Below are positions 13,640 to 26,544 of a stretch of 64,000 nt of DNA, one piece after another. Positions within the stretch are counted from its first letter, which is position 1; each line of letters begins with the position of its first letter. A model generated the notes under the pieces. That model was not told the origin of the DNA. It did no database searches and saw only the letters and a program-made list of their open reading frames with translations. Source of the DNA: Octopus bimaculoides (Eukaryota); assembly GCF_001194135.2 (NCBI RefSeq), contig NC_068990.1, positions 67,218,646 through 67,282,645 on the forward strand. Reading direction: 5' to 3'. The translations under genes and the position numbers were made by a program.

Positions 13640-14691
13640 TACTTCAGCATGGATACTGATATATTTTGACAAGAAGAGGGTTTAGCTATGGTTTGCCATT
13701 ATCACTGATAATATTCAATATATACATGGAATACTTTGAGAATTTGGATTTAGGATCAACACCACTAAAACCAACCCTATGGCTGTGATATGTTGATGAC
13801 ACCTTCATACTCTGACCCCACCAGGAAGATGCCCAAGTGCTGTTAGATCATGTAAATGCAATAAAGCCATCCATACAGTTCACAATGGAAAAAGAAAACG
13901 ACAACCAGCTAGCATTCCTGGACGTATTAATAACATGCACCTAGTATGGATTCAGGACATCCGTATACCGCAAGCCAACCTTCACTGGACAATACCTCAA
14001 CTTCAACTCCCACCATCCATACAATGTAAAGAGAGGGATTGCTCAGTGCCTAAAACATCAAGCAATGAATATGGGTAGCGATCGTGATACCCACCACGAA
14101 GACATGATCGAGCTCAGTAGCAATCTATTAAGCAACAACTACCCCAAAAGCATACTCTCCCCTCTAATTAGGAAGAATAGAGTGGATGAAACCGATAAAC
14201 CATCCAGAGTTCGTCTACCCTATGTGAAGGCCTCTCCGAAAAGATACAAAAGATATGCGGCCCATATGACATCAGGACAGTATTCAAAAAGTAATACAAC
14301 ACTTCGCAAATATCTCCTTCAAGTAAAACCACCGATAGAAGAGAATATGACTAAGAACTGCGTGTACTCCATCCCATGCAGCTATGGTAGGTTATACAAA
14401 GGCAAAACATGCCACCCCCTCAAAATAAGAGTAGAGGAGCATCGCAAAGCTGTTACATGGGGAGATATTGATAAATTGGGTATAGCTTATCATGTATGGA
14501 AAAATGGAGACCTCCTCCCCCTGTGGAATGAAGTTAAAATAATAGACAGAGAACACCACTGGAAAATATGAAAACTAAAAGAACCAGCACATATGCTAGG
14601 ACACAACAACCTCCTAAGCAGACCGAGTGTAGATGTGAACAGCATATAGGAACCAGTATTAAGGAAGGATAGGAGAATATTAGATTTATAA
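13640..14691 (+). pseudogene. Penelope-like element RT C-terminal half + GIY-YIG endonuclease, with stops and frameshifts
   Basis: QEEGLAM, NIYMEYFE, YVDDTF, IQFTMEKE, LAFLDV, VYRKPTFTGQYLNFNSHHP, RLPYVK, NCVYSIPCSYGRLYKGKT, RVEEH; track ORF 14065-14571 is part of it. Confidence 0.9.
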
Positions 14692-14724
14692 GCCCTAAAA
14701 ATTTATATATACACACACACACAC

Positions 14725-14766
<42 letters not shown>

Positions 14767-15175
14767 TAACATATATATACATATGTATATATATATATAC
14801 ACATATATATATACACATACATAAATAAATATATAACACACGCGTGCGCGCATATATATATTTGTCTATATTGTAATATTTGGAGATGGTCATATTTTGC
14901 TAATTAAACACATGCACTCTATACTTGTTCTGTGCTTCAGGTTTATTATTATTGTATTAGTTTCTTTGTCAAAGTTCCTTTCATCATATATCCTTTAACC
15001 TCATCAACAACATTCTATCCCACATATCTCTTCTTATTCTGCCTATTCCATTCCGTCACTTGCTCACTCTCTATATGTATATATGTAATCTGAGAGTAGA
15101 ATAAAACAGGAAAACTTGTTATGTGATCTCATTTGAAATAGCAATTTGTATATGTACACACAATCAAACATACAA

Positions 15176-15218
<43 letters not shown>

Positions 15219-16557
15219 TTCTTCCACAAGAAAAATGCTGATCATTGTAAATCACTATTTCTTCAATTAATACATATAATATAGTAAGTAGTTGTGTTAC
15301 AACCACTGATATCTGCTGATAGAAAATGTCATACAGTCAGCCATTATCTCTGTATTTGTGTATACATATTTCTTTGCTTGAGAAACCATCTAGCCATAAA
15401 AATCCTCCCAATACCAAAACCATACATGCATTGAATATATGTCTGTCGTTTTTAAATTAAGATATAATTCCCACACTTACACCTTAAGAAACCCAAACAA
15501 AAGCAAGGAAACTTCACTCATGAGCTATATGTGAAAACTGAAATACAACTCAATATTATATGATGTAAATATTATTTAAATCCAAATCATTTAAGAAGAA
15601 AAAGAATTTAAAAATTTTTGTTTCATTCATAATTTGGAGATATTATTTACCAAAAATCTAATCTTTCATACATGTGTCTTCCCATAATGGGATCAGTTGT
15701 TAGAAGGGAGATAATCATTTTTACATAACTATTGGAGGGCTTAGAATTTTCCATTTAAAATTTAGGAATAAGGACAAAGATGCATATAATTCACATATTT
15801 ATTTATTCATTTTGTCTGTTTTACATACATGAATCTTTTAAAATTTCCAAATATTTTCAACCAATTAATTATACCAACTGCTAGCACCATTCTGCATGCA
15901 CATTTATTCAAGTTTGTCTGCAGATTTAAATCTGTACTTACATTATTAATATAATTTCATTAATCCCTTAAGTTAGTATGATTCCAATTAAAGATTCCTT
16001 TTATTCCTCATTACCTCCTCATTACATAGTCCTTACTATCTAAATTTCATCTCATTAATTGAATTTCCCCTTATCTTGTCTCCTCCTTTCCTAAAACACT
16101 TCCACAATATCCTGGTTGACTAAACATTTTGTTTGACAACTTTAGATTGATCTATTATAATTCAAATTCATACTCTATATGATATTGGGTGATTATATAT
16201 ATATATACACACACAAAGGTAAAATCCAGTGATCCAAGTGTAGGAAGTTTGTAAGCTTCAAGGAGCCTGTGACAGGTGTAGTGAACAAAAAGTTGGCAGT
16301 ATATGATAATAATTTATTGGCATCAAAAGTTTCACACTTTTTCCCATTATGAAGTTACAATGAATTTTGAAATGCTGTAGTGAGCTGACTTGGAAATTCA
16401 AAGCAGTAATGTAACCCTCATATAATTAAGGTAGCCTTAGACTGATAATTAGCTAAGTTGAGCTTCCCTTGTTGAGTAACTATTACATCAGAGGATCAGC
16501 TTTCTAAGAAACATATGTAATCTGCATTTTACCTATTCCACTCCCTCAATTTGGATA

Positions 16558-16747
16558 TCATCATCATCATCATCATCATTTAACGTCCGCTTTCCATGCT
16601 AGCATGGGTTGGACGATTTGACTGAGGACTGGTGAAACCGGATGGCAACACCAGGCTCCAGTCTAATTTGGCAGAGTTTCTACAGCTGGATGCCCTTCCT
16701 AACGCCAACCACTCAGAGAGTGTAGTGGGTGCTTTTACGTGTCACCC
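16558..16747 (-). mobile_element. RTE-derived 3' tail
   Basis: (CAT)n then taacgtccgctttccatgctagc...ggatgcccttcctaacgccaaccactc, the reverse complement of 10352-10520. Confidence 0.9.
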
Positions 16748-17656
16748 ACTATACATATATATATATATATACACACACACATGCATGAGCCCAAGCTCAT
16801 CTTATTTTTCTGATTAACTTATTCATGAATACTTTCCACAACCATCTTCAAATAACTGAATAACACAAAATACTTAACCTTAATTCTTTAATGATTATTT
16901 TTGACATAATCTTTCTGAATTCTTACTCTTGTAGAATTAATATAATTTATATAGTTGATGCTGTTACTCTATAACATCTTTTATTCTATCTTAATCACAC
17001 TTTCTGAACTAATTAACATTTCAAGGGTGCATTCTAATTCCATAATTGGATTTAAATTAAACAACACTAATTATTGTTTATCTAAAATTATTGAATCCTT
17101 ATAATCTGTATGTAAATTAACCAGAGCAGCCTAATTTTCTTTTTTTAATTTTAAACTACTTAATTGTATTTATAAATTAAAATTAATTAACACTTCCTTC
17201 ACTATAATTGTGAAATGAATGCCATCATGACTTAATTATATATCACTGTGTTTTATGCTATTCAAATAATTTATCTTCTTGCCCTATACAATAATCATAA
17301 TATCAACTACATTATAAAGGTTGTTCACAAAATTTTCTATTTAAATTTTACTCTTTTCCTCTTTATTTCAGTTAGTTACTATATAATAGTTTTTCCCTAT
17401 TTTTCTTCAGCTACCTCTCATGATATTTTTGCATATATATGTATACAGAATGTCTTATGTTATTTTCTTTGTACCTTCCATTTGTATAATTGACTACATA
17501 TTTCTAAACTCTTCTTGCTTCACTCTTGAAAAATTTCTCTTGAATGAAACAGAGTTATATATTAGAATCACCTTTATTGAATAAATATTTTGCTTTCACT
17601 TTCCCCGCTTGATAACTGATACATTCACTTGGATGTTTGCATGTATGTCTGTCTAG

Positions 17657-17696
<40 letters not shown>

Positions 17697-17736
17697 ATAT
17701 ATATATATATATATGTATGTATACATACACACACAC

Positions 17737-17769
<33 letters not shown>

Positions 17770-17772
<3 letters not shown>

Positions 17773-18118
17773 GGTGAAGCATGAACTTCGGATGTTGAAT
17801 CTCACAGGGGCAATGACAAGTGATCAAGACCTTTGGCTACGTGCTGTGCTTGAAGACATGTCAAGCCAAGTGAAATTGTAGTCATGGCCAGTGCCGGCGA
17901 CTCGTAAAAGGCACCCATGAAGGTGACACATGAAAGGCACCTACTACACTCTTGGAGTGATTGGCATTTGGAAGGGCATCCAATCTTAGGAACCAAGCCA
18001 AATCAGATTGGAACTTGGTACAGCTCTCTGCCTTACCAGTCCTAGTCAAGCCATCTAACCCATGCCAACATGAAAAGCAGATGTTAAATGATGATGATGA
18101 TGATGATGATGATGATAG
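17770..18118 (+). mobile_element. RTE LINE 3' end: last codons of the ORF, short 3' UTR, (GAT)n
   Basis: VKHELRMLNLTGAMTSDQDLW aligns with VKHDL*ILGLTEAMTSDRDLW near 40600-40670. Confidence 0.8.
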
Positions 18119-18699
18119 TTGTATATATATGGGTGCATGTGTGTGTGTGTGTATATATATCTATATCTATATATGATATGAAATTGCAGCTGCCAACCAT
18201 ATGGTTTTGGCTTAAACCTCTTTGCATGGAACTTTGAGCAAATGTCTTGTATTTTAGCTCTGAGCTGAGCATCAGCTATAACCTTGTAACTGAATTTGGT
18301 AGACAGAAACTGAAAGAAGCCTATTGTATGTATATATGTGTGTTGTGTTGTCTGTGTGTATGAGAGAGAGAGAGAAAAAGTGAAAGAAATAGAGAGTGTG
18401 TATCATTGTCTTGATATCAATGATGCTAGTAAGTAAATGTCACCTTCATAATACAAGTGATGTTGATAATTTCCTGTTTACTGTGAAAAATATGGCTGGC
18501 TATGGGAAAATATTACCTTGTTTGGAAATAGGTAAGGACTGGAAAGCGACAGGGCAACTGGATGTTAACACAATGCTGCTGCTGATGTTATATCAGTGTA
18601 TGCACAAAGCAGCCTTAGATTAAAATACCAGTGTGTAAGGCATTTATTATGTATATACAAATGTGGAACAGCATTGGCTCTTTATTTTGTTCCAGGGAA

Positions 18700-19440
18700 T
18701 CTCCTAATGGGACATAGGATAGAGTGTGAGTGAGTGGCAATGGCTGAATTAAAATGTGAATGATTTGGAGTAAGTTGTGTTACAGTGGTCAAAGTGATAG
18801 AGTAACAAACAAAAGAGAAGAGTCAGGGAAACGGATTGTAAAGAATTGTACTCAAAGAATGCAACTATCTTTCTAAAAATGGTGTAATTGATGGATTATC
18901 ACATCAAATATTTTATAGAGGAATTATGGTTGCAACCCTAACAAATATGCCATATTTTTGACAGGCACTATGCTATGACTGTTGCTCCTTTACAGAATAT
19001 TGTCATTGCCATCTCTTCAAAAGTCATTGATAAGTACCATGCATTAGGCACATAAGTGGCTCTTAGACTCAGCCCATGAGAGCTGCATGTTTTCTTACAA
19101 ATATGATGTTGAAGATGAATATAGCAGCAACTGATTATGTTGATGATGACAATTACAGTATCTGCTCAGACCACCTTGAGAAGGAAACGTCTTTCCACAG
19201 CATGGCAAACATAGCTATCGGGTATCTGTAGCAAAAAGATCATCATAGTAAGCCTGTAATTCCCTTACTGCATGTGATGTATTTGGCAATTATTGAAACC
19301 AGCTTAGAAAGCAGTACTCTATTGCACACAATGCATCTCAATTCTGGTCTGGAATTTTCTGGAATTTCTGGTGTTTTTATTTTTGTGCCTTTTGCCAGTA
19401 TCTCATGGGCTCTGCATGTTCAATATGCTTTGTCTGAAAC
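18700..19440 (+). mobile_element. Possible ancient non-LTR RT remnant
   Basis: Only a DYVDD-like motif near 19130; heavily decayed. Confidence 0.25.
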
Positions 19441-19454
19441 TTCTCACAGGTACA

Positions 19455-19620
19455 GGTGTGGCTGTGTGTTACAAAGCTTGCTTCCCAACCACATGGTTCC
19501 AGGTTCAGTTCCACTACATGGCACTTTGGATAAGTGTCTTCCTCTATACTTGGGCCAACAAAAGCCTTGTGAGTGGATTTGGTAGACAGAAACTGGAAGA
19601 AGCCCATCATATGTATATAT
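19455..19620 (+). mobile_element. SINE family A 5' part (tRNA-like head + CORE-like actttggataagtgtcttc)
   Basis: Matches reverse complement of ~28610-28765. Confidence 0.8.
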
Positions 19621-19847
19621 ATATATATATATAAATAAATGCGAGTCTGAAGAAATATATCATCTGGGCAGGTACTGTATTAGCACTCAGTTAAGTTCCA
19701 GTGAACAGCTACCCACAATGATCAATATTTAGCATCTGCATTTGCAACGGAAACATGTGTAGGTCATTACAATATGCTGTATATAACAATAAGATAAATT
19801 TTGTAGATGTACAAGTTTCCCTATTCTTTATTAATAATTATATAAAC

Positions 19848-19911
<64 letters not shown>

Positions 19912-19924
19912 NNNNNNNNNNNNN

Positions 19925-20110
19925 CTCTCAACACCACTTGATAACTGATGTTTGCATCCCTGTAATTTAACAATTCAGCAAAAGTGACTGCTAAAATAAG
20001 TGCTAGGCTTTAAAAAAAGTAAGTGCTGGGGCTGATTTATCCAATTAAAACTCTTGAAGGCAGTGCTTTAGCTTGGCCTCAGTCAAATGACTGAAACAAG
20101 TAAAAAATAA
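19925..20110 (+). mobile_element. SINE family A 3' part
   Basis: Ends gtcaaatgactgaaacaagtaaaaaataaa. Confidence 0.7.
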
Positions 20111-20129
20111 AAAATCTTTTTAATTAAAT

Positions 20130-20400
20130 CATACCAGTCTGTTATGGTTTGGACACCTTTTATTTGAAAGCTCTCGATAAAAAAATTTCTTGGATAACCT
20201 GGTAACATCAACTCTGACATGACCAGTCCAACACATTTGACTGTAGACAATCATCTTAGCACTTTCACGACTGGCTCTTCTCAGGACTTTCATATCTGGT
20301 ATTAAAGATGTCCAATAAAATTTCTCTAACACAGTTTTGAGGGAAATTTTAAAACCATTTTGAGTGCTGCCTGAAGATTGTCAACACTGCAGATTTATAC
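20130..20400 (-). mobile_element. RTE LINE ORF C-terminal remnant
   Basis: KVLRRASRESAKMIVYSQMCWTGHVRVDVTRLSKKFFYREL resembles the RTE motif LRWxGHVxRMxxxRLPKxxFYGEL. Confidence 0.75.
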
Positions 20401-20855
20401 AACAATACAGTTAGTATGCATGATCTGTACATATTTATTTTAGTTACTACATATACATGCATAAACACACATACACACACATTCACATATACACATTATC
20501 ATCATCATACTCATCACCATATGTCTGACTTTCATACTGGCACAAGTTTCACAGTTTGACAGAGTCTGCTACAAGTCAGAGGAATGCATCATGCACCTAT
20601 GCCTTCTTTGGCATGGTTTCTACAGCTAGATGCTTTTCCATATATTAGAATGTTATAATGTGGATCCTCATCCACTCATATGGTGTAGTCATTGCTGTTT
20701 TTGCAACCCAACTAGACTCTCTAACAAGTTTTCCATAATTTTATGGATTTTTCATAAAATATATACAAGATAAATGTTTGTTGCTCCTCTGTTGAGTTTT
20801 TAATTTCTCCATGTGAAATTTTTTCTCCGTATTTTTCTCCTTGTTTTCTCCATAT

Positions 20856-20892
20856 TCTTTCTGTTGAAGAGCGTAGCTCGAAACGTTAAAGA
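20856..20892 (+). ncRNA. Minimal type I hammerhead motif, core variant CUGUUGA
   Basis: tcttt-CTGTTGA-A-GAGC gta GCTC-GAAA-CGTT-aaaga: stem I tcttt/aaaga, stem II GAGC/GCTC, palindromic ACGT stem III. Confidence 0.6.
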
Positions 20893-20999
20893 CTTTCTGT
20901 ATTCCCGAGCGTCAAACTAATACATCCTTTTGTTGTTTACACCACCTGTCCTCGTCTGTTGTTGTTTTTTTTCGTACATTCTCCCACATGAAAAAGGAA

Positions 21000-21945
21000 T
21001 ACCTAAGAATTCCTATTAGTGAATTCAATGTACAATAGAGATGCCTGACAGTTACAGTAAGCTCAAAGGGAGTGTGACAGTGAAGGGGGAATTTGTATAT
21101 TATAAATACAGGAAAGGAGCTATCAGTAAAAGCGCTAATGAAATATATTTTTTACAGTAGTTGATAGCTTTCGTTAATTAGTTAAATTAATCAGTAATGG
21201 AATGTGATGATGCGAAAACTTAGGGAAACCATAATAAGAACAGTTTGATAAAGTTTTCAGGGAATTATCACTACTGCATCCAGTCCAAGGTAAAGCTCAT
21301 GATCTCAGTCACCTCTATGTCAGAGAAACTTGGTAACTGGTCCCTATGAGTCCCAGGATTTGAGACAGTAGTGTCCATAGTTTGAAGATAATGATGACAG
21401 AGAAAAAAGGATTTTGTGGGGGTAGCCAGTGGCATTTAAAAAGCACCCATTACACTCTTGGAGTAGTTGGCATTAGGAAGGGCATCCAATTGTAGAAATC
21501 TTGCCAAATCAGTTTGGAACCTAGTGCAGCTCCCCAGCCTACCAGTTTTCAGTCAAACTGTCCAACCCATGCCAGCAAGGAAAACAGATGTTAAAGGATG
21601 ATGATGATGATGAGCAAAGGGCAGGGTGTATGCTGGTTGTGTATTAAGTGAGATGTTCCATGATAACAAAACATAGATATTGAGTACAGAGGACGTCTGT
21701 GGGTGGGAAAGAAATCAGGTGAGCATGATTCTTGGCTGGATGTGTAATACGAATAAAGTATGAAGAATAAACTACAAATGAGCTGGTAGTGTGTAAGGGA
21801 GAAGGTTGAGTTGATATGGCCAGGTGAAGCATATGGAAGATGACAATTGGATAAAGAAGTGCCAAATAAGCAAAGTGGAAGGAACCTGGGGAGATGAAGA
21901 CCAAATAAGACATGGGAAGAAATGATGAAAGCTGATTGCATGAGG
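21000..21945 (+). mobile_element. Decayed RTE fragments with a nested RTE tail at 21425-21612
   Basis: VVDSFR near 21160; HMEDDNWIKKCQISKVEGTW and RPNKTWEEMMKAD at ~21830-21940. Confidence 0.6.
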
Positions 21946-22674
21946 CCCACTCAACCACCAACCAACTAATCAACCAACCAGCCATCTATCCATCCATTCA
22001 TGTATGTACCTACATACGTACCTACCTACCCACTTATCTACCTATCTATCTCACACTGTGTACCTTTCTCAACCTGCCTCCTTATCTACCTGCCTATCAG
22101 AATCTATCTATCTGTTTATCTGTGCAACATAAATGAATGGATATATGAATAGATTGATGTGTAGATGGAGAGATAGGGAAATGAATGAGGATACATGTAA
22201 TGTGCATATATATTATATGGAGAGAGAGAGTGGGAGGGGGAGAGAGGGGGAGGGGAGAGAGAGGGGGGGAGAGAAAGAGAGACAGACAGACAGATGTAAC
22301 AAGAGTAGAAATAACAAACTATCAACAACAACATTAACAACAAAAGTATGTTAAAACTGACAAGGAATGAAATTGAATCTATTTTCTTCTTGGCTGTAGG
22401 GGTTATCACTTTATTAAGTAAGCTGCACTGACATCTCTAATATGTATTGTTACTGAAATGACATTCCTTTGGCATTTTTTCATTAGAGAATTTTCAGCTG
22501 ACATCATCGTCTTTTATCAATTTTATTTTATTTAATATCATTTCTCCCATTCTTTTCTCTCTCACTTTAATATATTAACATACATATGTATACAAATGCA
22601 TAGAGACGCAGATAGAAAGATAGATTTTCACTCTCTTACTATGTGTAACCCATATGCATAAGTGTGCGTGTGTA

Positions 22675-22765
22675 TAAAAGACCCAGGAAGATGTGGGTGA
22701 AAGTGGTGAAAAAGGATCTTCAAAGGATGAGCCTCACAGGGAAGATGATTTAATGGCCAGGGTGT
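22675..22765 (+). mobile_element. RTE ORF C-terminal fragment
   Basis: RPRKMWVKVVKKDLQRMSLT. Confidence 0.6.
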
Positions 22766-23379
22766 TTGGTGATTTGCTGAGCTTGAGAAAACTCACCCAG
22801 CTAAGTAAAACTGAGATCTTAAAGGCATGTCATTTTATGTCCATGTCCTTGCACACAATCTGATCCTCATAAACCCCCTCCCCAACAACCAATCTTCCTA
22901 ACACCCCCATCCCTACCCAAGATCACCACTCACTGTATCCCCCTCGCATCTATCTCCCATTCTCCTTCTGCATCTTTGCAAACCCACCTGCTCACAGTGT
23001 GCACTTGTTCACTCTTTTCTCCACAATTTAACCCCATCTCATCTTCTTCAATCTGTACCCACTCACTACATTCCCTCACCTCCACCTCCCACTTTCCTTT
23101 TGCTGTCTTAGAAACTTATCCACCCACTTACCCTTTCCAATCCTTGGTTTCACTTCAATTCTATACACCCTCCACCTGTCACATCTTCACCATCTCCTCC
23201 TCTCTCTCCTATTGAAATCACCATGTATCTCCTTTACTGCTAGACACCTACTTTCATCCCTCATTTCATGCTCTAACCTTTCATCACCTGGCCACATCCT
23301 TTATTACTATTCCTGCATTAGTTGATGGGTCTTGTCTTGTGAGTTACTTGCCAACAGCACTACTGCAAGCACCACTTAA

Positions 23380-23522
23380 AAAAGCGGCCAGTACACTCTG
23401 TTAAGTGACTGACGTTAGGAAGGGCATCCAGCCATAGAAACCATATCAAAGCAGGCAGTTCAGCTTGACACAGCCTTCAGACTAACCAGAATAAAAAACA
23501 GACATTAAATGATAATGATGAT
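23380..23522 (+). mobile_element. RTE-derived 3' tail, degenerate
   Basis: gacgttaggaagggcatccagcc...gacattaaatgataatgatg. Confidence 0.65.
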
Positions 23523-23580
23523 CTCTCGCTCTCTCTCACACACACACACACGTTTTTGCATAGAAATCATATCCAGATGT

Positions 23581-23777
23581 TTCACTCTTTTGTTACCCCA
23601 TTTCTATTGAAACACAACGCTTTTATTTCAATTAATTTGAAAGATAATGACGAATTTAGTAAAATAACTTTGTAATTGTTAAGCTGGTGTTTGAAACATA
23701 AACTAACATGAAATTTTGATTGAAGGTTTTTAATTTAGATCATTATAGAATATGAAGTTTGTGTCATAAAACCAGAG
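23581..23777 (+). mobile_element. MITE (probable piggyBac-type family 2), interrupted by the hammerhead SINE
   Basis: aacatgaaattt...aaggttttaatttagat...aaccagag shared with 38768-38903; terminus-like ttggtatcaaaa resumes at ~24074. Confidence 0.55.
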
Positions 23778-23933
23778 TACATCATTTACATTATTTACAT
23801 TTGACAGATATTTGTCCTCATCTTGTTTGTTGTTAACACAACGTTTCAGCTGATATACACTTCAGCCTTCATCAGGTGTCTTGGGGGAAATTTTGAACCT
23901 GAGTTCTCATTCCTAAGGTATTTTTTTATGTCG

Positions 23934-23982
<49 letters not shown>

Positions 23983-24066
23983 AATTATTAAGGTCACTGC
24001 TTGGAGTTTAACTCAGAATCTTGGGGTTAGTAGCCTGCGCTTTTAACCACTAAGCCATATGCCCTC
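23778..24066 (-). mobile_element. tRNA-headed SINE-like element containing a hammerhead ribozyme
   Basis: Minus strand: gagggcata-TGGCTTAGTGG (A box)...gagttaaactcc (B-box-like), then (AAT)n, then the hammerhead, then an aatgtaaat tandem tail. Confidence 0.7.
23835..23880 (-). ncRNA. Minimal type I hammerhead ribozyme
   Basis: gacac-CTGATGA-A-GGCTG aagtgtatat CAGCT-GAAA-CGTT-gtgtt: intact CUGAUGA/GAAA core, stems I and II pair, palindromic ACGT stem III. Confidence 0.8.
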
Positions 24067-24439
24067 ATTTGGATTGGTATCAAAAAGAACAAGAATCATA
24101 TATTAACCCTTTTAGCTTCACAATGAAAGTAATTAATGAGAACTGAACTAGCAAGCTCTGTCTTTTATTGTTACAAGCCTCTGAAACACATAGTGTCAAT
24201 TTCTGATGGAAATGCAAAAAAAATGATTTGATGCCTCACAGAATTTACATAACGATGGTACTCTAGTTATTAACTGTGTGTATCTATGTATCTCTACAAC
24301 AAGAAACCTGTTCTGCTCTGGCCCCTACCCTCATACTGTAATCCTGCATCTTCCAGCAAAAGGCCATCTTGTTCTCTACTGTATCCCCACTCAGTCAAAA
24401 GAAATTCTTACAAGTTATGCAGCGACCTCATTAGAGTTG

Positions 24440-24628
24440 ACACCACAAAAACGCACCAGTGACACTCTGAAAAGTGGTTGACATCAGGAAGGGTATCCAG
24501 TCATAGAACCATGCCAAAGAAGACACTGGGGAATGATACTCTCCTCAAACTTGGTTGATCCTGTCACACTGTCTCACTCACACCAGCATGGAAAATGAAC
24601 AATTATTAGATTTTTATGATGATGATGA
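24440..24628 (+). mobile_element. RTE-derived 3' tail, degenerate
   Basis: ggttgacatcaggaagggtatccag...accagcatggaaaatg...gatgatgat. Confidence 0.6.
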
Positions 24629-24948
24629 ACGTGAAGTTAAAAGTGGTGGTGTTTATTTCCTCTATAGCATATTTCTAACCTTGTCATACTGGGTATCATT
24701 TCCACTACTTAATCATCTTCATCATTTTATATCATAGCATGTTTCATGCCATCATAGGTTGGTTGGTCAGCCCAGTCCATTTCAGTTCTTATTCAGGGTG
24801 ACGGCAACTTCTACATGTGTCAAAAACCATTTCTTGCCTGCATGCTTCATTTATATCATGGTTCCAATGGTGGATGCTCTTCCCATCACCAGCTGGTGCA
24901 CTGGGTGCATTATGAAGAGAGCTATGTCCTGTCTATTTCACATTCTTT

Positions 24949-25392
24949 GTGGAGGCGCAATGGCCCAGTGGTTAGGGCAGTGGACTCGCCGTCATAGGAT
25001 CGCGATTTCAATTCCCAGAGTGGGCGTTGTGAGTGTTTATTGAGCGAAAACACCTAAAGCTCTACAAGGTTCCAGCAGCGGATAGTGGCGAACCCTGCTG
25101 TACTCTTTCACCACAACTTTCTCTCACTCTTTCTTCCTGTTTTTGTTGTACTTGTATTTCAAAGGGCCAGCTTTGTCACACTGTGTCACGCTGAATATCC
25201 CCGAGAACTACGTTAAGNNNNNNNNNNCTTTGTCACACTGTGTCACGCTGAATATCCCCGAGAACTACGTTAAGGGTACACGTGTCTGTGGAGTGCTCAG
25301 CCACTTGCACGTTAATTTCATGAGCAGGCTGTTCTGTTGATCGGATCAACTGGAACCCTCGACGCCAGAAGCGATGGAGAGCCAACAACAAC
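24949..25392 (+). mobile_element. SINE family B, near full length
   Basis: Head gtggaggcgcaatggcccagtggttagggc; 3' end ...ggagagccaacaacaaca; short overlap duplication at the 10-N gap. Confidence 0.9.
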
Positions 25393-26544
25393 ATTTCACA
25401 TTCTATATTCATTACTTGTGCAGGATAATTAGTCTTTTCCCTAACACAAACAAGACAAATTCTCTGCTCAGTTCCACTTCCCCATGATATTCCTTTTAAT
25501 TCTTTCCATTTTCTCCCATACAACTGAGGTGTAGATGCAGAACGCGGAATGCTTTTCTTTTGACAACACTGGTACATTCGTGCATTTCTCCCTTGTACTG
25601 AATAAGCAGCATTAAGCAGGGAAAAGGATGTTAAAGAAGAAAACCAGAAGGGCAGTAATGGGAAGGTGATGGAGGAGAGTGTAATGGATGAAAGTCAAAG
25701 TGAAAAAAATGATTAATGAATAATAAATAAGGGCCAGGATGAAAAAAATCAAGAAGATTGAAGACAAGGTAATAGTGGTGGGAGGGAGAGTGATAGAGTA
25801 ATATATTCAATAATATGTACCTTTGGAATGATTTTAAAATGATTTAACAAATATACAGCCAAATCTCCAGGACTTATATGTGTGCGCAACATATGTTTTC
25901 ATATGATTACATGACAAGGAATGAATAATGAATTGTTGCGCAGTTGCTATGGGCTCTGTACATTCAGGTACTCATGTTTAATTTGCAAAAAGTCAGTTGA
26001 TATTAAGAACAATGTATTTGTTTAGTAATATAAATTGTTATGTAAGAAAACAAAACTGTTATGTAAGAAAATAAAAAAACTAAAAACAATTTTACATTAG
26101 AAAAGAACTGCTTCTTCAAATGAGAAACAGAACTCAATACTGATGTACAGATACTTTTTATTTAGTACTTTTTAATTGTTACAAAAGTGACTCAAAGACT
26201 GAAAGTTTTCTGAATGGTAACTCTTGGAGCTTGAGTCACTTTTGTAACTTTCTACAAATTAAAAAGAACAAAAAGTGTGGCTGTATGTGTGTATATATAT
26301 ATAAAATCAATGAACTTTCAGTTGTCAATTGTGGAACACAGCTGTCACTACATAAACCTAATGATTGCATAATGAATGAAAGTACTAGTTTATTTTGATA
26401 CTTTAAAATTCTAAAACTTGCTAGTAAAATCAGACTAAACTGGAATTTCATTGATTAATACATTCTTCTGTACACAATCATACAAACTTGGGTGTATGTA
26501 TATATATATATAATACAGACACACACACACACAAATGCATATAT

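Noticed and set aside
16621-16645. CTGAGGA-ctggt-GAAAC hammerhead-like string antisense to an RTE tail
   Set aside because: There is no stem II, and GAAA is not conserved in the equivalent copy near 39940.
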